In this document: positions 49,590 through 58,382 of the stretch, one piece after another
Position numbering within the stretch: the stretch's first letter is position 1
Layout of the letters: every line of letters begins with the position of its first letter
DNA from: an uncultured Bacteroidota bacterium
Lineage (GTDB): Bacteria > Bacteroidota > Ignavibacteria > Kryptoniales > JAKASW01
Assembly (NCBI GenBank): GCA_963714955.1
Contig: CAVQQJ010000007.1
Location: 37,917-101,916, forward strand
Direction of reading: 5' to 3'
Length of the DNA: 64,000 nt
The notes under the pieces: generated by a model
What the model was told of the DNA's origin: nothing
Database searches by the model: none
The model's input: the letters and a program-made list of their open reading frames with translations, nothing else
Position numbers and translations under genes: made by a program

Positions 49590-49966
49590 CTACGCAATCA
49601 TTGTATTCAATAACTTTATCATGACCGTTGTGCCTACCTCCTCCGTGCTTTCGATCGTGAGACTCCCTCCGTAGAGCTCCGTAAGCGTTTTTGCAATTGC
49701 CAATCCAAGACCCGCTCCTTGTTGCTCATGAAGGCGGCGTTCAAATTGCTGGAAGGCGGTAACCGCAGCGATTTGCTCAGGCGAGGTGCAGCGCCCCTCA
49801 TCTTGTATTGTTATCGTGACCTCGTCGTGTTGCTTGCCCCGATAACATCGCAGCTTATCATCTTCAGCGTTGCCGTAATCATCGCACGGTAGTTGTCTTC
49901 GTCGTCAATGACGAGTATTTTTTGCTGCGGAAGCTGACCGATGGTATTTGCTTTAGCGTGTTCCAT
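49590..49966 (-). pseudogene. Deletion chimera: a receiver-domain N-terminus joined out of frame to a histidine-kinase ATPase C-terminus
   Basis: MEHAKANTIGQLPQQKILVIDDEDNYRAMITATLKM... stops after 51 codons. Another frame reads ...VTITIQDEGRCTSPEQIAAVTAFQQFERRLHEQQGAGLGLAIAKTLTELYGGSLTIESTEEVGTTVMIKL. Confidence 0.6.
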
Positions 49967-49990
49967 TGTGATGGATTCCTCTCACCGCCA

Positions 49991-52900
49991 TCATTGCGAG
50001 TCGATCGCCTTGCGGATCTTCGCCAAAACTTCATCCTGCATATACGGCTTCTGAATGAAATTTTTTAGTCCGGCTTTGAACATCTCGGACTTCGTCTCCG
50101 GATCGAAAAAACCGCTTGCCAAGATTACTTTTGCTCCCGGGTTGATCGCTCGAATTTTCCTGAAGACATCTTGACCGCTAAGGAGTGGAAGCCCCACATC
50201 GGAAAGAACAACGGCTATCTCTTTTTGATGGCTTTGATACATCTCTACTCCTTGCATACCATCTTCTGCCATCAATACCTTGTAGCCCTTTGAAACAAGA
50301 ATGCCTTTCGCAAGACTCCTCAGCATCTCCTCGTCCTCGATTACCAAAATAGTTTCTGTTCCTCCCGGTATTTCCTCGATGCTCCAGGGTACTCGTTGCC
50401 CTATTTCCGGTGCACGTTCCGCTATCGGAAGATATACGGTGAAACTCGTTCCCTTTCCTGGTGTGCTACGGACATCAATGAAGCCGCTGTGATGTTCAAC
50501 GATACCGAACACCACGGACAGACCTAAGCCGGTGCCTTTTCCGGGACCTTTTGTAGTAAAGAACGGCTCGAAGATTCTCTGGCGCGTTGCTTCATCCATT
50601 CCGATTCCCGTATCAGTCACTTCGATCTGGACATACTGCCGGGCAGTTGCTTTTGAGAATCGTGAGCCGACAGCCTTACCGTCGATGGTCCTGGTGGAGA
50701 TTGAAAGCGTTCCAGAACTTTGCATCGCGTCTCGTGCATTTACAAAGAGATTCAAGAGCACTTGATGGATTTGGCCGGCATCGGCAACGATCGCGGGCAA
50801 ATCTTGTTGGAGAGACGTAGAGATGATGATGGTCTTAGGGAATGTCTCTCGAAGAAGCTTGGTGAGTTCCCCGATGATATTGTTGACCTTAACGGTTTCT
50901 AAGAGAGGTTCCGCCTTCCGCGCAAAGAGCATGAGCTGTTTTACCAGCGAAGCACCGCGCTGCGTTGCCTTCGTAATTGCTGCGACACTCTCTGCATGCA
51001 TCTGCGGATCTTTCCTCAGACGTTCCAGGAGAGTTGAATGACCCAAAATGATACCGAGAATATTATTGAAATCGTGGGCGATGCCGCTGGCGAGCGTGCC
51101 AATACTTTCAAGCTTCTGGGCTTGCTGGAGCTGCGTTTCTAAGCCTCTCTTTGTATCCTCTGCTCGCTTGCGCTCCGTAATGTCCTGGTTGGCGCCATAG
51201 ACCTTATAGGTACGTCCCGATTGGTCTTTCAGCAGTTTTATCATAACAGTTACATTCGCGATATCTCCGTTGTCTCGATAGACTCTTGCCTCTTGTGTTA
51301 TGGAAAAATTTGGATCCGGTGACTCTATAGCCTTTTGCAGAGCCTCGGCCACTAAAGACGAATCAGCAGGATAAACAAGTTTCTTCGCGAATTCTTGAGC
51401 GCTCATAATATCCCCCCCCTGTTTTTCAGCAGAGGAGCCATGGATGAGCCTAAAATACTGATCGCTGAAAGTAAAATTTCCCGAGTCTACATCATATTCC
51501 CAATAGCCGAGTTTTGCCAATTCTGTTGCAGCTAATAGACTTGTCTCGATTTTTTTCAGATTGGAGATGTCGCGTCCAATGGTCGATGCGGCAACGACAT
51601 TGCCTTTGCTGTCCCGGATGGGAGATACGCTCAGCGAGATTCGAACGTCCTGACCGTTTTTCTTGCGGCGCAACGTCTCATAATTTTCGACATTATTGCC
51701 TGATTTGATTTTATCAAGAATTTCTTGCATCTCTTTATCATTTCCGAGCGAATTTAGAAGAGATAGTGACTTGCCTACCATTTCACTAGAGGTATATCCA
51801 TAGATCGTTTCCGCGCCGAAGTTCCAGCTCGTGATGATTCCATCCAACGTTCCCCCGATGATCGCATCTTGGGATGATTCGACAATAGCGGCAAGGAGTT
51901 TTGACTTCTCTTCGTCTTTCTTGCGCTCGGTGATGTCCGTTGCAACACCAATGAGCGCAATTGCTTTTCCTTCGTCGTTCGTCACGATGCTGGTAGATAG
52001 GGATACGGAAAATTCGGAACCGTCCTTCTTCCGATTCAGAAGCTCTCCCTGCCAGCCCCCTTGAATTGTTGCGGGAAGAATGTTGCCTGCAAGCCGATTC
52101 TCATTCTTTTCAGATCTCACAATTCCTATGTTTCTCCCCAATAGTTCATCCTGTTCATAACCGTACGTCTTCAGAAACGATTGGTTGACAAAGAGAATTT
52201 TGTCGTCAGGATCGGTAATGCTAATGCATTCGCTGATGCTTTTGATTGCCTGAGCAAGCATTCTATTCTGTGTCTCAGCCGCTTTGCTAATTGTTATGTC
52301 CTTAAGAAGAACAAGTTTTTCGTCGAAGCCTTGAACCGGAGAATATGAAATAAGGCAATCTGCCAGGGTTCCATCTTTCCTGATTATCTGCAGTTCGTCT
52401 GTGCCGACGATACCTTGCAAAAGCTTCGCCCAGCTCTCTGACAATTTTGGACGGTATTCTTCCGGAACGACCTCCATAAAATAACGGCCTTTGATCTCTT
52501 CAAATAGATACCCTAAAACGGGCGTGATCCTCGAGTTGCAAAACGTAAGTCTCCCGTCGTTCGTCAGAGTAAAAATGACATCCGTTGAACTTTCCATAAT
52601 CGCTTCGTAGAATTCCTCACGACGCTTGATCTCCGCGGCTGCAAGTTTGCGTTCGGTGATGTCATTGAAGACAGTGAGCATGGCCGGTTCCCCGGCGTAA
52701 TGAAATGGAATGCCTGATACTTCAACGTCAATCGCTTTTCCGTCCAGCCTCACGAATTTTTCTTCCATCATGGGGGCGGAAACACCTTCAGCTATCGATT
52801 GCTGGATTCGTTTCAAAACAAGCTCCCGGTTGTGAGGATGCACAAACTCTGCAACCGACTTTCCGAGGAGTTCAGCCGGACTGGCGGCTCCGATAAATTT

Positions 52901-53797
52901 AGCGCTCGCCGGGTTGGCAAAGACGATGCGGCCCTGACTATGGACAACCACGCCATCAGGCATGGTTTCAACTAGGACACGATAACGTTTTTCGCTTTCG
53001 CCCAAAGCTTCTTCTGCCTTCTTGCGCTCGGTGATGTCTTCTGCCATTCCTATAATCTCAAGGGGAATTCCATGTTCATCCCGCACCATTGTCACAGAAA
53101 GATTGGCCCAGATCAGATTTCCATTCTTGTGGACATATCTTTTTTCCATGGTATAGTTGGATATTTTTCCTTCTATTAGTTCTTTAAATAAGTTCAAATC
53201 TTTATCGGCATCATCGGGATATGTAAAATCAGCAAACTTCATTTTGGATAATTCATCATTGCTGTACCCAAGCATTTTCGACAAAGGCAAATTTGAAATG
53301 ATGAGATGTCCTTGTATGTCAAGCAGCGCAATTGCGACGGGCGATTGGTCAAATATGGATCTAAAACGCTTTTCACTTTCTCGAACGAGCTGCTCCGAGT
53401 GTTTGCGCGCCGTGATGTCCTCTGCAACCAGCAATGCTGCCTTGTGTCCGCCGTACTCCAGAGTTTGCGATGTTATCTCGACGTCGATCGTGCGACCGTC
53501 TTTTAGCTTGTGGCGCCACTCGCCCGAATGCTGCAGTTCCCACTGAATCTTCGCCACGTCATGAAGCAGGCTTGCAACGTCTTCCGCCGGACGGATGTCT
53601 TTGATTGTCATTTTGAGGAATTCTTCACGACCGTAGCCGTATTTCTCAACGGCGGCATCGTTCAAGTCGAGGAACTTGAGTGTCTCTACGTCGTATATCC
53701 ACATAGGGATTGGGTGACGACGAAACAGGAGGGTGAAGACCTCCTCGCCCGATGCACTTCCTGAAAGGATTTTCCCCGCAGATTCGCTAGTCTTCAT
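49991..53797 (-). CDS. Multi-PAS hybrid sensor histidine kinase with a C-terminal receiver
   Basis: 1268 aa. Repeated PAS/PAC units, each closed by DITERK. His[12 protein letters not shown]. HATPase GTGLGLSVV. Receiver ILVIEDEE...LSDVGLP. Confidence 0.9.
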   Translation of the reverse strand: MKTSESAGKILSGSASGEEVFTLLFRRHPIPMWIYDVETLKFLDLNDAAVEKYGYGREEFLKMTIKDIRPAEDVASLLHDVAKIQWELQHSGEWRHKLKDGRTIDVEITSQTLEYGGHKAALLVAEDITARKHSEQLVRESEKRFRSIFDQSPVAIALLDIQGHLIISNLPLSKMLGYSNDELSKMKFADFTYPDDADKDLNLFKELIEGKISNYTMEKRYVHKNGNLIWANLSVTMVRDEHGIPLEIIGMAEDITERKKAEEALGESEKRYRVLVETMPDGVVVHSQGRIVFANPASAKFIGAASPAELLGKSVAEFVHPHNRELVLKRIQQSIAEGVSAPMMEEKFVRLDGKAIDVEVSGIPFHYAGEPAMLTVFNDITERKLAAAEIKRREEFYEAIMESSTDVIFTLTNDGRLTFCNSRITPVLGYLFEEIKGRYFMEVVPEEYRPKLSESWAKLLQGIVGTDELQIIRKDGTLADCLISYSPVQGFDEKLVLLKDITISKAAETQNRMLAQAIKSISECISITDPDDKILFVNQSFLKTYGYEQDELLGRNIGIVRSEKNENRLAGNILPATIQGGWQGELLNRKKDGSEFSVSLSTSIVTNDEGKAIALIGVATDITERKKDEEKSKLLAAIVESSQDAIIGGTLDGIITSWNFGAETIYGYTSSEMVGKSLSLLNSLGNDKEMQEILDKIKSGNNVENYETLRRKKNGQDVRISLSVSPIRDSKGNVVAASTIGRDISNLKKIETSLLAATELAKLGYWEYDVDSGNFTFSDQYFRLIHGSSAEKQGGDIMSAQEFAKKLVYPADSSLVAEALQKAIESPDPNFSITQEARVYRDNGDIANVTVMIKLLKDQSGRTYKVYGANQDITERKRAEDTKRGLETQLQQAQKLESIGTLASGIAHDFNNILGIILGHSTLLERLRKDPQMHAESVAAITKATQRGASLVKQLMLFARKAEPLLETVKVNNIIGELTKLLRETFPKTIIISTSLQQDLPAIVADAGQIHQVLLNLFVNARDAMQSSGTLSISTRTIDGKAVGSRFSKATARQYVQIEVTDTGIGMDEATRQRIFEPFFTTKGPGKGTGLGLSVVFGIVEHHSGFIDVRSTPGKGTSFTVYLPIAERAPEIGQRVPWSIEEIPGGTETILVIEDEEMLRSLAKGILVSKGYKVLMAEDGMQGVEMYQSHQKEIAVVLSDVGLPLLSGQDVFRKIRAINPGAKVILASGFFDPETKSEMFKAGLKNFIQKPYMQDEVLAKIRKAIDSQ

Positions 53798-54131
53798 GGC
53801 CCATCTCCGCGCATAATCAATTGGACTTCAATTTCGCCTATATTCGATAACTATTGGCCTCTGTAATGCCATCAGGCTCATTGGGTTGAAGCACATCTAG
53901 CAAATGCAGATCCAGACTGCCTCGTGCAGGGAGTTGTTATTGTTGATGTTTGAGAGAAAATGCTGCACGATGGGCTCATCGTGGAAGGGAAAAACGAGGG
54001 TAGGAATACAACCCCTTGACGCGTGGGTCAAAAGTAATTTAGAATCTTACCTCGTTAAAGTCAAATCGGACCACTACCAGGCTTCAAGTGTCAGCGCACT
54101 TGGAGCCTCGCTTTTTATTATCTTCCTGTCG

Positions 54132-54148
54132 AGTGATAAAGTATCACT
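54132..54148. promoter_or_regulatory. 17-bp perfect palindrome AGTGATA-AAG-TATCACT (operator-like)
   Basis: Read directly from the sequence. Same half-sites as at 54384-54400. Confidence 0.6.
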
Positions 54149-54167
54149 TTACAGGGCAAAAAATATA

Positions 54168-54368
54168 TTAACCCCTCTGGCGGTCTTTCCATTTGTCAAC
54201 CTCTTTTGCGTCCAGCAAAGTAAGGCTCTTAAATTTATGCGTGGTAAAGTCTCCCAGATAGAGATAATTTCTAATTGCATTAGCCTTCACACCGAGTACC
54301 TCAGAAGCCTCTTCGACTGTAAGGTACTCGGTCTCATTTGCGTTCTTTAATGTTTTTACCTTTTTCAT
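54168..54368 (-). CDS. Small excisionase/MerR-type helix-turn-helix protein
   Basis: 66 aa. EYLTVEEASEVLGVKANAIRNYLYLG. Confidence 0.7.
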   Translation of the reverse strand: MKKVKTLKNANETEYLTVEEASEVLGVKANAIRNYLYLGDFTTHKFKSLTLLDAKEVDKWKDRQRG

Positions 54369-54383
54369 GACGGGTACAATATA

Positions 54384-54400
54384 AGTGATAAACTATCACT
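54384..54400. promoter_or_regulatory. 17-bp perfect palindrome AGTGATA-AAC-TATCACT (operator-like) just upstream of the HTH gene
   Basis: Read directly from the sequence. Confidence 0.6.
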
Positions 54401-54421
54401 TGTCAAGTAAAAAATAAAGAA

Positions 54422-54619
54422 TTATTCATCCCGCTCTTCAACCTGGTATCTTCTTGTTCCAATAGTATCTGTTGGCGGTATTTCGTCCTCTTGTTTTTTG
54501 ATAAGCCCGCGCTTGAGTAATTCTTGATACCGTTCAACAAACTTTCGATACTGAGGATTTGCGTCGTACTTATCTTTATTTTCTTTTAGTATTTCAATAA
54601 CTTTTTCATGTGCTGACAT
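54422..54619 (-). CDS. Hypothetical small charged protein
   Basis: 65 aa. Packed tightly between the protease and HTH genes. Confidence 0.45.
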   Translation of the reverse strand: MSAHEKVIEILKENKDKYDANPQYRKFVERYQELLKRGLIKKQEDEIPPTDTIGTRRYQVEERDE

Positions 54620-54630
54620 TGTTATTCCTT

Positions 54631-55470
54631 TTAGAAGTAGTATTTGCTATGCAGAAATAACTTTAACTTGCCTCGACGTATATACTCAATCATTAGATCA
54701 TTGTATTGTCTAATCAATCCCCTCAACTTTGGTTCGTTTGAATAATCATCGATTTCAAGGCCAAGTTTTTGAAGTTTTTTTACCCCTATATTTCTCCCAT
54801 GTGAATGCCACTCCTTATTATTACTAAGTCTCTCTGCTATCTTATCTGCGCACTGCTCCTTATCTACCTGTGTTACTGGCTGGCCAATTTTTTGTGGATT
54901 GGTTCTATGTAGAGTCCAACTCTTGAATTTATACTCAACAAGCCATTGTTTTGATAAACTTTTTGATAGCTCCGATGCTTGTTCATAACTGTTCAATGTC
55001 GCAAGGTCAAGATTTTGGAGAATTGCAAATTCTGCATCTGTAATAGTACCGTTTTTTGATTTTTCAATAAGCTTATTAACTTGATCCAAATATCCTAAAG
55101 CGGGAACATATTCTTTCCCGTTAAATACTTGTGGATCAATAGGCCCTAAAGAAGAAGAGTAATCCATAAAAATTTTATCTCCAGACATACAGAATATAGT
55201 TCCTGCGGACATTGCGTAGTCAGGGACTATAAAGTAGACTTCGCTATAATGATGGCGTATTATCTCCACCATCTTTTCTGTTGTTTCTGTGCTACCGCCC
55301 GGAGTATTAAGTCCTATAACAAGTCTATCTCTCTGTTGAGTTCTTGAACTGCGCAAGTCTTCAATAAAATCTCGGAAATACTTTTCGTATGATGGATGTA
55401 TTTCTCCGAAATAGAAAACTGCATCTGCGCTGAAATGCTTCTCCAATCCTTTCAGTTTAGCCGTGAGCAA
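54631..55470 (-). CDS. ClpP-fold SDH-family (S49-like) serine protease
   Basis: 279 aa. GLNTPGGS...PDYAMSAGTIFCMSGDKIFM. Only a TTG start is available after the in-frame stop at 55483-55485, so the N-terminus may be damaged. Confidence 0.65.
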   Translation of the reverse strand: MLTAKLKGLEKHFSADAVFYFGEIHPSYEKYFRDFIEDLRSSRTQQRDRLVIGLNTPGGSTETTEKMVEIIRHHYSEVYFIVPDYAMSAGTIFCMSGDKIFMDYSSSLGPIDPQVFNGKEYVPALGYLDQVNKLIEKSKNGTITDAEFAILQNLDLATLNSYEQASELSKSLSKQWLVEYKFKSWTLHRTNPQKIGQPVTQVDKEQCADKIAERLSNNKEWHSHGRNIGVKKLQKLGLEIDDYSNEPKLRGLIRQYNDLMIEYIRRGKLKLFLHSKYYF

Positions 55471-55601
55471 ATCAGATATTGTTTATCAAAGACTGGCATT
55501 TAGATTTTCAGATTTTCCGTGGCAGAATTTTGAAAATCGGAAAATAAAGGTCAATAGTGACAACCTATAACTTAGACAAATAATACAATCAAAAAGTTCC
55601 A

Positions 55602-55646
55602 AGTGATAATATTACACTTATCGTGCCAAAGTGATATAATATCATG
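55602..55646. promoter_or_regulatory. Two imperfect copies of the AGTGATA-N3-TATCACT palindrome upstream of the protease gene
   Basis: AGTGATAATATTACACT (55602-55618) and AGTGATATAATATCATG (55630-55646). Confidence 0.5.
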
Positions 55647-55764
55647 TAATTATTACCGACTTTTTATTAAAAAATACTTGAAAACGTACCCACTACCCGG
55701 ACTACGAGGTGATCGTGGAAATCAGTGAGCGGCCTCTTTCTGGATATGGGCGAAGAGACCAGAA

Positions 55765-55845
55765 TAAAAAAGCCCGACTGGGGGGAAGTCGGGCAGTGAC
55801 CCTTTCAAGGTGCGATAACCAGGGAGGGGTTGTCGCACAGGTCGT
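55765..55845 (-). ncRNA. Candidate small RNA of about 80 nt: orphan promoter, 10-bp hairpin and intrinsic terminator
   Basis: Minus strand reads TTGACA (55878-55873), 17 nt, TATATT (55855-50). Then hairpin TGCGACAACC/GGTTATCGCA (55838-55811). Then GCCCGACT, an 8-nt loop, AGTCGGGC and TTTTTT (55794-55765). No ORF is present. Confidence 0.35.
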
Positions 55846-55936
55846 CTGAAATATAAATATTCGATGCGAATGTGTCAAGATGAGAAGAAAAAAAGCGGAA
55901 TAGAAGAACAAACTATTCTATTCATAAGAAGGAATT

Positions 55937-56206
55937 ATGAGCAATCAGGAATACGATCAGTTGTGGCATTATAGTGAACAGTTCTCCCGCGACCCCTTGC
56001 AGCAAAATGAACTCGTCACTATGGCATAAAAAGAAGGAGAGCGACTTCGGAAGCGGTCAACGACTGGACTGATGAAGAGTATGATGCATTTCCGATCCAA
56101 AGAACTGAACAAACGCAGTGCATTTCCTGCCAAAGAAATAGGAGAAAGAACACTCGATGCGTGGAATCGACCGGTTTCAACGGCAAACGGCATAGAACGG
56201 GCATGA
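55937..56206 (+). pseudogene. Unknown-function ORF interrupted by an in-frame TAA at 56027
   Basis: MSNQEYDQLWHYSEQFSRDPLQQNELVTMA, stop, then KEGERLRKRSTTGL...DAWNRPVSTANGIERA in the same frame. Confidence 0.35.
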
Positions 56207-56416
56207 CATTTTTTTCTCAAATTGGGCCACTACCCAAACGACTCTATTTATATATCGGGAAAACACGACTGCGTCTACAAGGAATTTGGAGCCATCCACA
56301 AACTGATGTTCCATCCTCAAGCAGACAGCTCAAAAAAATGCGTTCCCAACGTCGAGCGAGACGCAAGGTTTGGTCAACACGGGAATATTCCTCCGAACAG
56401 GCAAAAGAAAGATCTG

Positions 56417-57376
56417 TTACAACTTCCACTCAAAATCCCCATACTCCAGGAAATATAGTATCTGATTTATGGTCATTTGCGTCTTACGCTTAATCGCCTC
56501 CAGCGTATTAAACGCATTGTGCGGCGTCATAATCACGTTTGGATAATTCAACATCTCCCGGACGACTCCGGCAAAATCCGTTTCCGATGCCCGGCCTGAC
56601 CGAAGGGCCAGTGCGAGATTCCCTTCGTTTTCAAACACATCCAATCCCACGCCTCCCAGATGTCCTTCCTTGAGAAGTCTGAGGAGGGCATTGAGGGGTG
56701 AAAGTTCACCACGGGCAATGTTGACGAAGATGACGCCGGCACGAGATCGAGAGAGAACTTCGTAGGAAAAATACCGGTTGTTCTCTTCGGTCAAATTCAT
56801 CGAACACACGATTACGTCTGCCCATAAGATGCCTTCCTCGACAGAGACATATTCCACGCCCTCTTTATCCCGGACTATATCGACGCCGCGCACATTCATT
56901 CCCAGCCCCCGTCCGATTTCTAGTATTTCAGCGCCGATCCTCCCGACTCCTACCACGAGGAGGTTTCTTCCCTTACACTCTATCCCGGTTATTTCATCAC
57001 GATTGAACGACTGAAACTTCGTCATCTGCGCTCTAAGTTTTCTGAAAAGTGCAAGGATGAGCAACACAGCATGTTCCGCGACGGCGCGGGTGGCGTACTC
57101 ATCGAGATAACCACAGGGTATTCTCACCCCCGTCCGCTGCTTGAAAGCAACTAAGTGATCATATCCTGTACTGCGGCTAAGAATCCCGCTAAGACCAGCA
57201 GCCCACTCCGGCGGTATAGAGGATTGCGTCCGGATGCTGATAAGTCCGGCGGGCGGTTCTTTGTGACCAGCTTCCTGAATAGTCTTACTCGTTGCTTCAT
57301 ACGAGAATCTCTTGCCGACATATTTCTGAAACAATGCCGCTTCTTCCTCAAACACTTCATATAAAAAAACGTCCAT
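56417..57376 (-). CDS. D-isomer-specific 2-hydroxyacid dehydrogenase (NAD-binding)
   Basis: GVGRIGAEI Rossmann motif, NIARGEL, GLDVFENE, MTPHNAF. The ATG at 57376 (MDVFLYEVFEEE) is preferred over the track start at 57478. Confidence 0.85.
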   Translation of the reverse strand: MDVFLYEVFEEEAALFQKYVGKRFSYEATSKTIQEAGHKEPPAGLISIRTQSSIPPEWAAGLSGILSRSTGYDHLVAFKQRTGVRIPCGYLDEYATRAVAEHAVLLILALFRKLRAQMTKFQSFNRDEITGIECKGRNLLVVGVGRIGAEILEIGRGLGMNVRGVDIVRDKEGVEYVSVEEGILWADVIVCSMNLTEENNRYFSYEVLSRSRAGVIFVNIARGELSPLNALLRLLKEGHLGGVGLDVFENEGNLALALRSGRASETDFAGVVREMLNYPNVIMTPHNAFNTLEAIKRKTQMTINQILYFLEYGDFEWKL

Positions 57377-58080
57377 AAATCCTCGCCGATAAACTATTTT
57401 ATTACCGGTTTGTTCAACTCTAAAAAATCCGAAAGAAAGGCCCTTCGTTGCACCCGAACCCGCTCGCAAATCGCACACTCAATAATCGGTTGATTTCATT
57501 CCAACCAACAATCTCTATAAAGGCAGTGATGGGAGCGCCACCGGCTGATTCAACCAGGAGTGGAAAGCACAACACCTTTGCGATCGGATTGCACATCTCT
57601 GACAAATTCACATCCTCAATCAACAGAATGTCTTCATCCAACAAGAACTTACGATGTGCAATCTTGCCGATATCCCTATTATGGTAACTGAACACCGATA
57701 CAAAATCAATACTAACCGCGTATTGTCCGAAAATTATTAAACCGAATCCGACTTGCGCGCAAGAATCAGCAGCCGTATCAATCGTGCATTATTCAATCAC
57801 CAAGGTAATTGATCATTTTGAAAGTATTCACAGACGATAAACTGCCAAGCCTAAGAGTTGCTTTTCCGGGCAAACGCTATGCAACACTTGCAGCTTATGA
57901 TCGACACAGGTAGAAGCGCTCGTTCGGCTTGTCTGCTTTCGTAGACTGCATGCCCACTCGGGAGTAGCGTTACAGGTTCGGCAGATGTCGGACAGCTTGT
58001 CGGGAGGATCGTGGTATGTCGAAGTTTCTGGTAAGATAACTCAATATGGTGACGACATCCGCCTATACTGAACCACTACG

Positions 58081-58119
58081 GAGAAAGGATTAACCCCTTT
58101 TTCATCCTTTCGGACTATT
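58081..58119 (+). repeat. Conserved 39-nt hairpin motif, copy 3
   Basis: GAGAAAGGATTAACCCCTTTTTCATCCTTTCGGACTATT, about 260 nt upstream of the kinase start codon. Confidence 0.65.
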
Positions 58120-58382
58120 ACTTCTCAAAGTCGGCATTGGTCCACTTTTGCATGCTTGGCAGGAGATAGAACTCGCAGCATATTTCCTCATCGGGGGCGT
58201 CCGCGCCTACGGCGAGAGATTATGGAAATCTGCGTGCGTCTCATTTTCTTCGCCGAGCTGGAGTTGTTACCTATGTGGATAACAGCCGAAAACCATGCAG
58301 TAAACATCGCTTGTTGGCGTCTGGGGTGTGGCAGCCCGGATATGCTCCACGTGTATTCGGGAGAGTACAAGGGATTAAGAAA

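Noticed and set aside
53904-54350. 148-aa plus-strand ORF
   Set aside because: It overlaps the HTH gene on the opposite strand and spans the operator palindromes. It shows no motifs and has atypical composition.
54073-55712. Shared CCACTACCnGG strings at about 54075 and 55690 as possible att direct repeats bounding the HTH/protease module
   Set aside because: Only 8 contiguous matches, no recombinase in the module, and the match could easily be chance.
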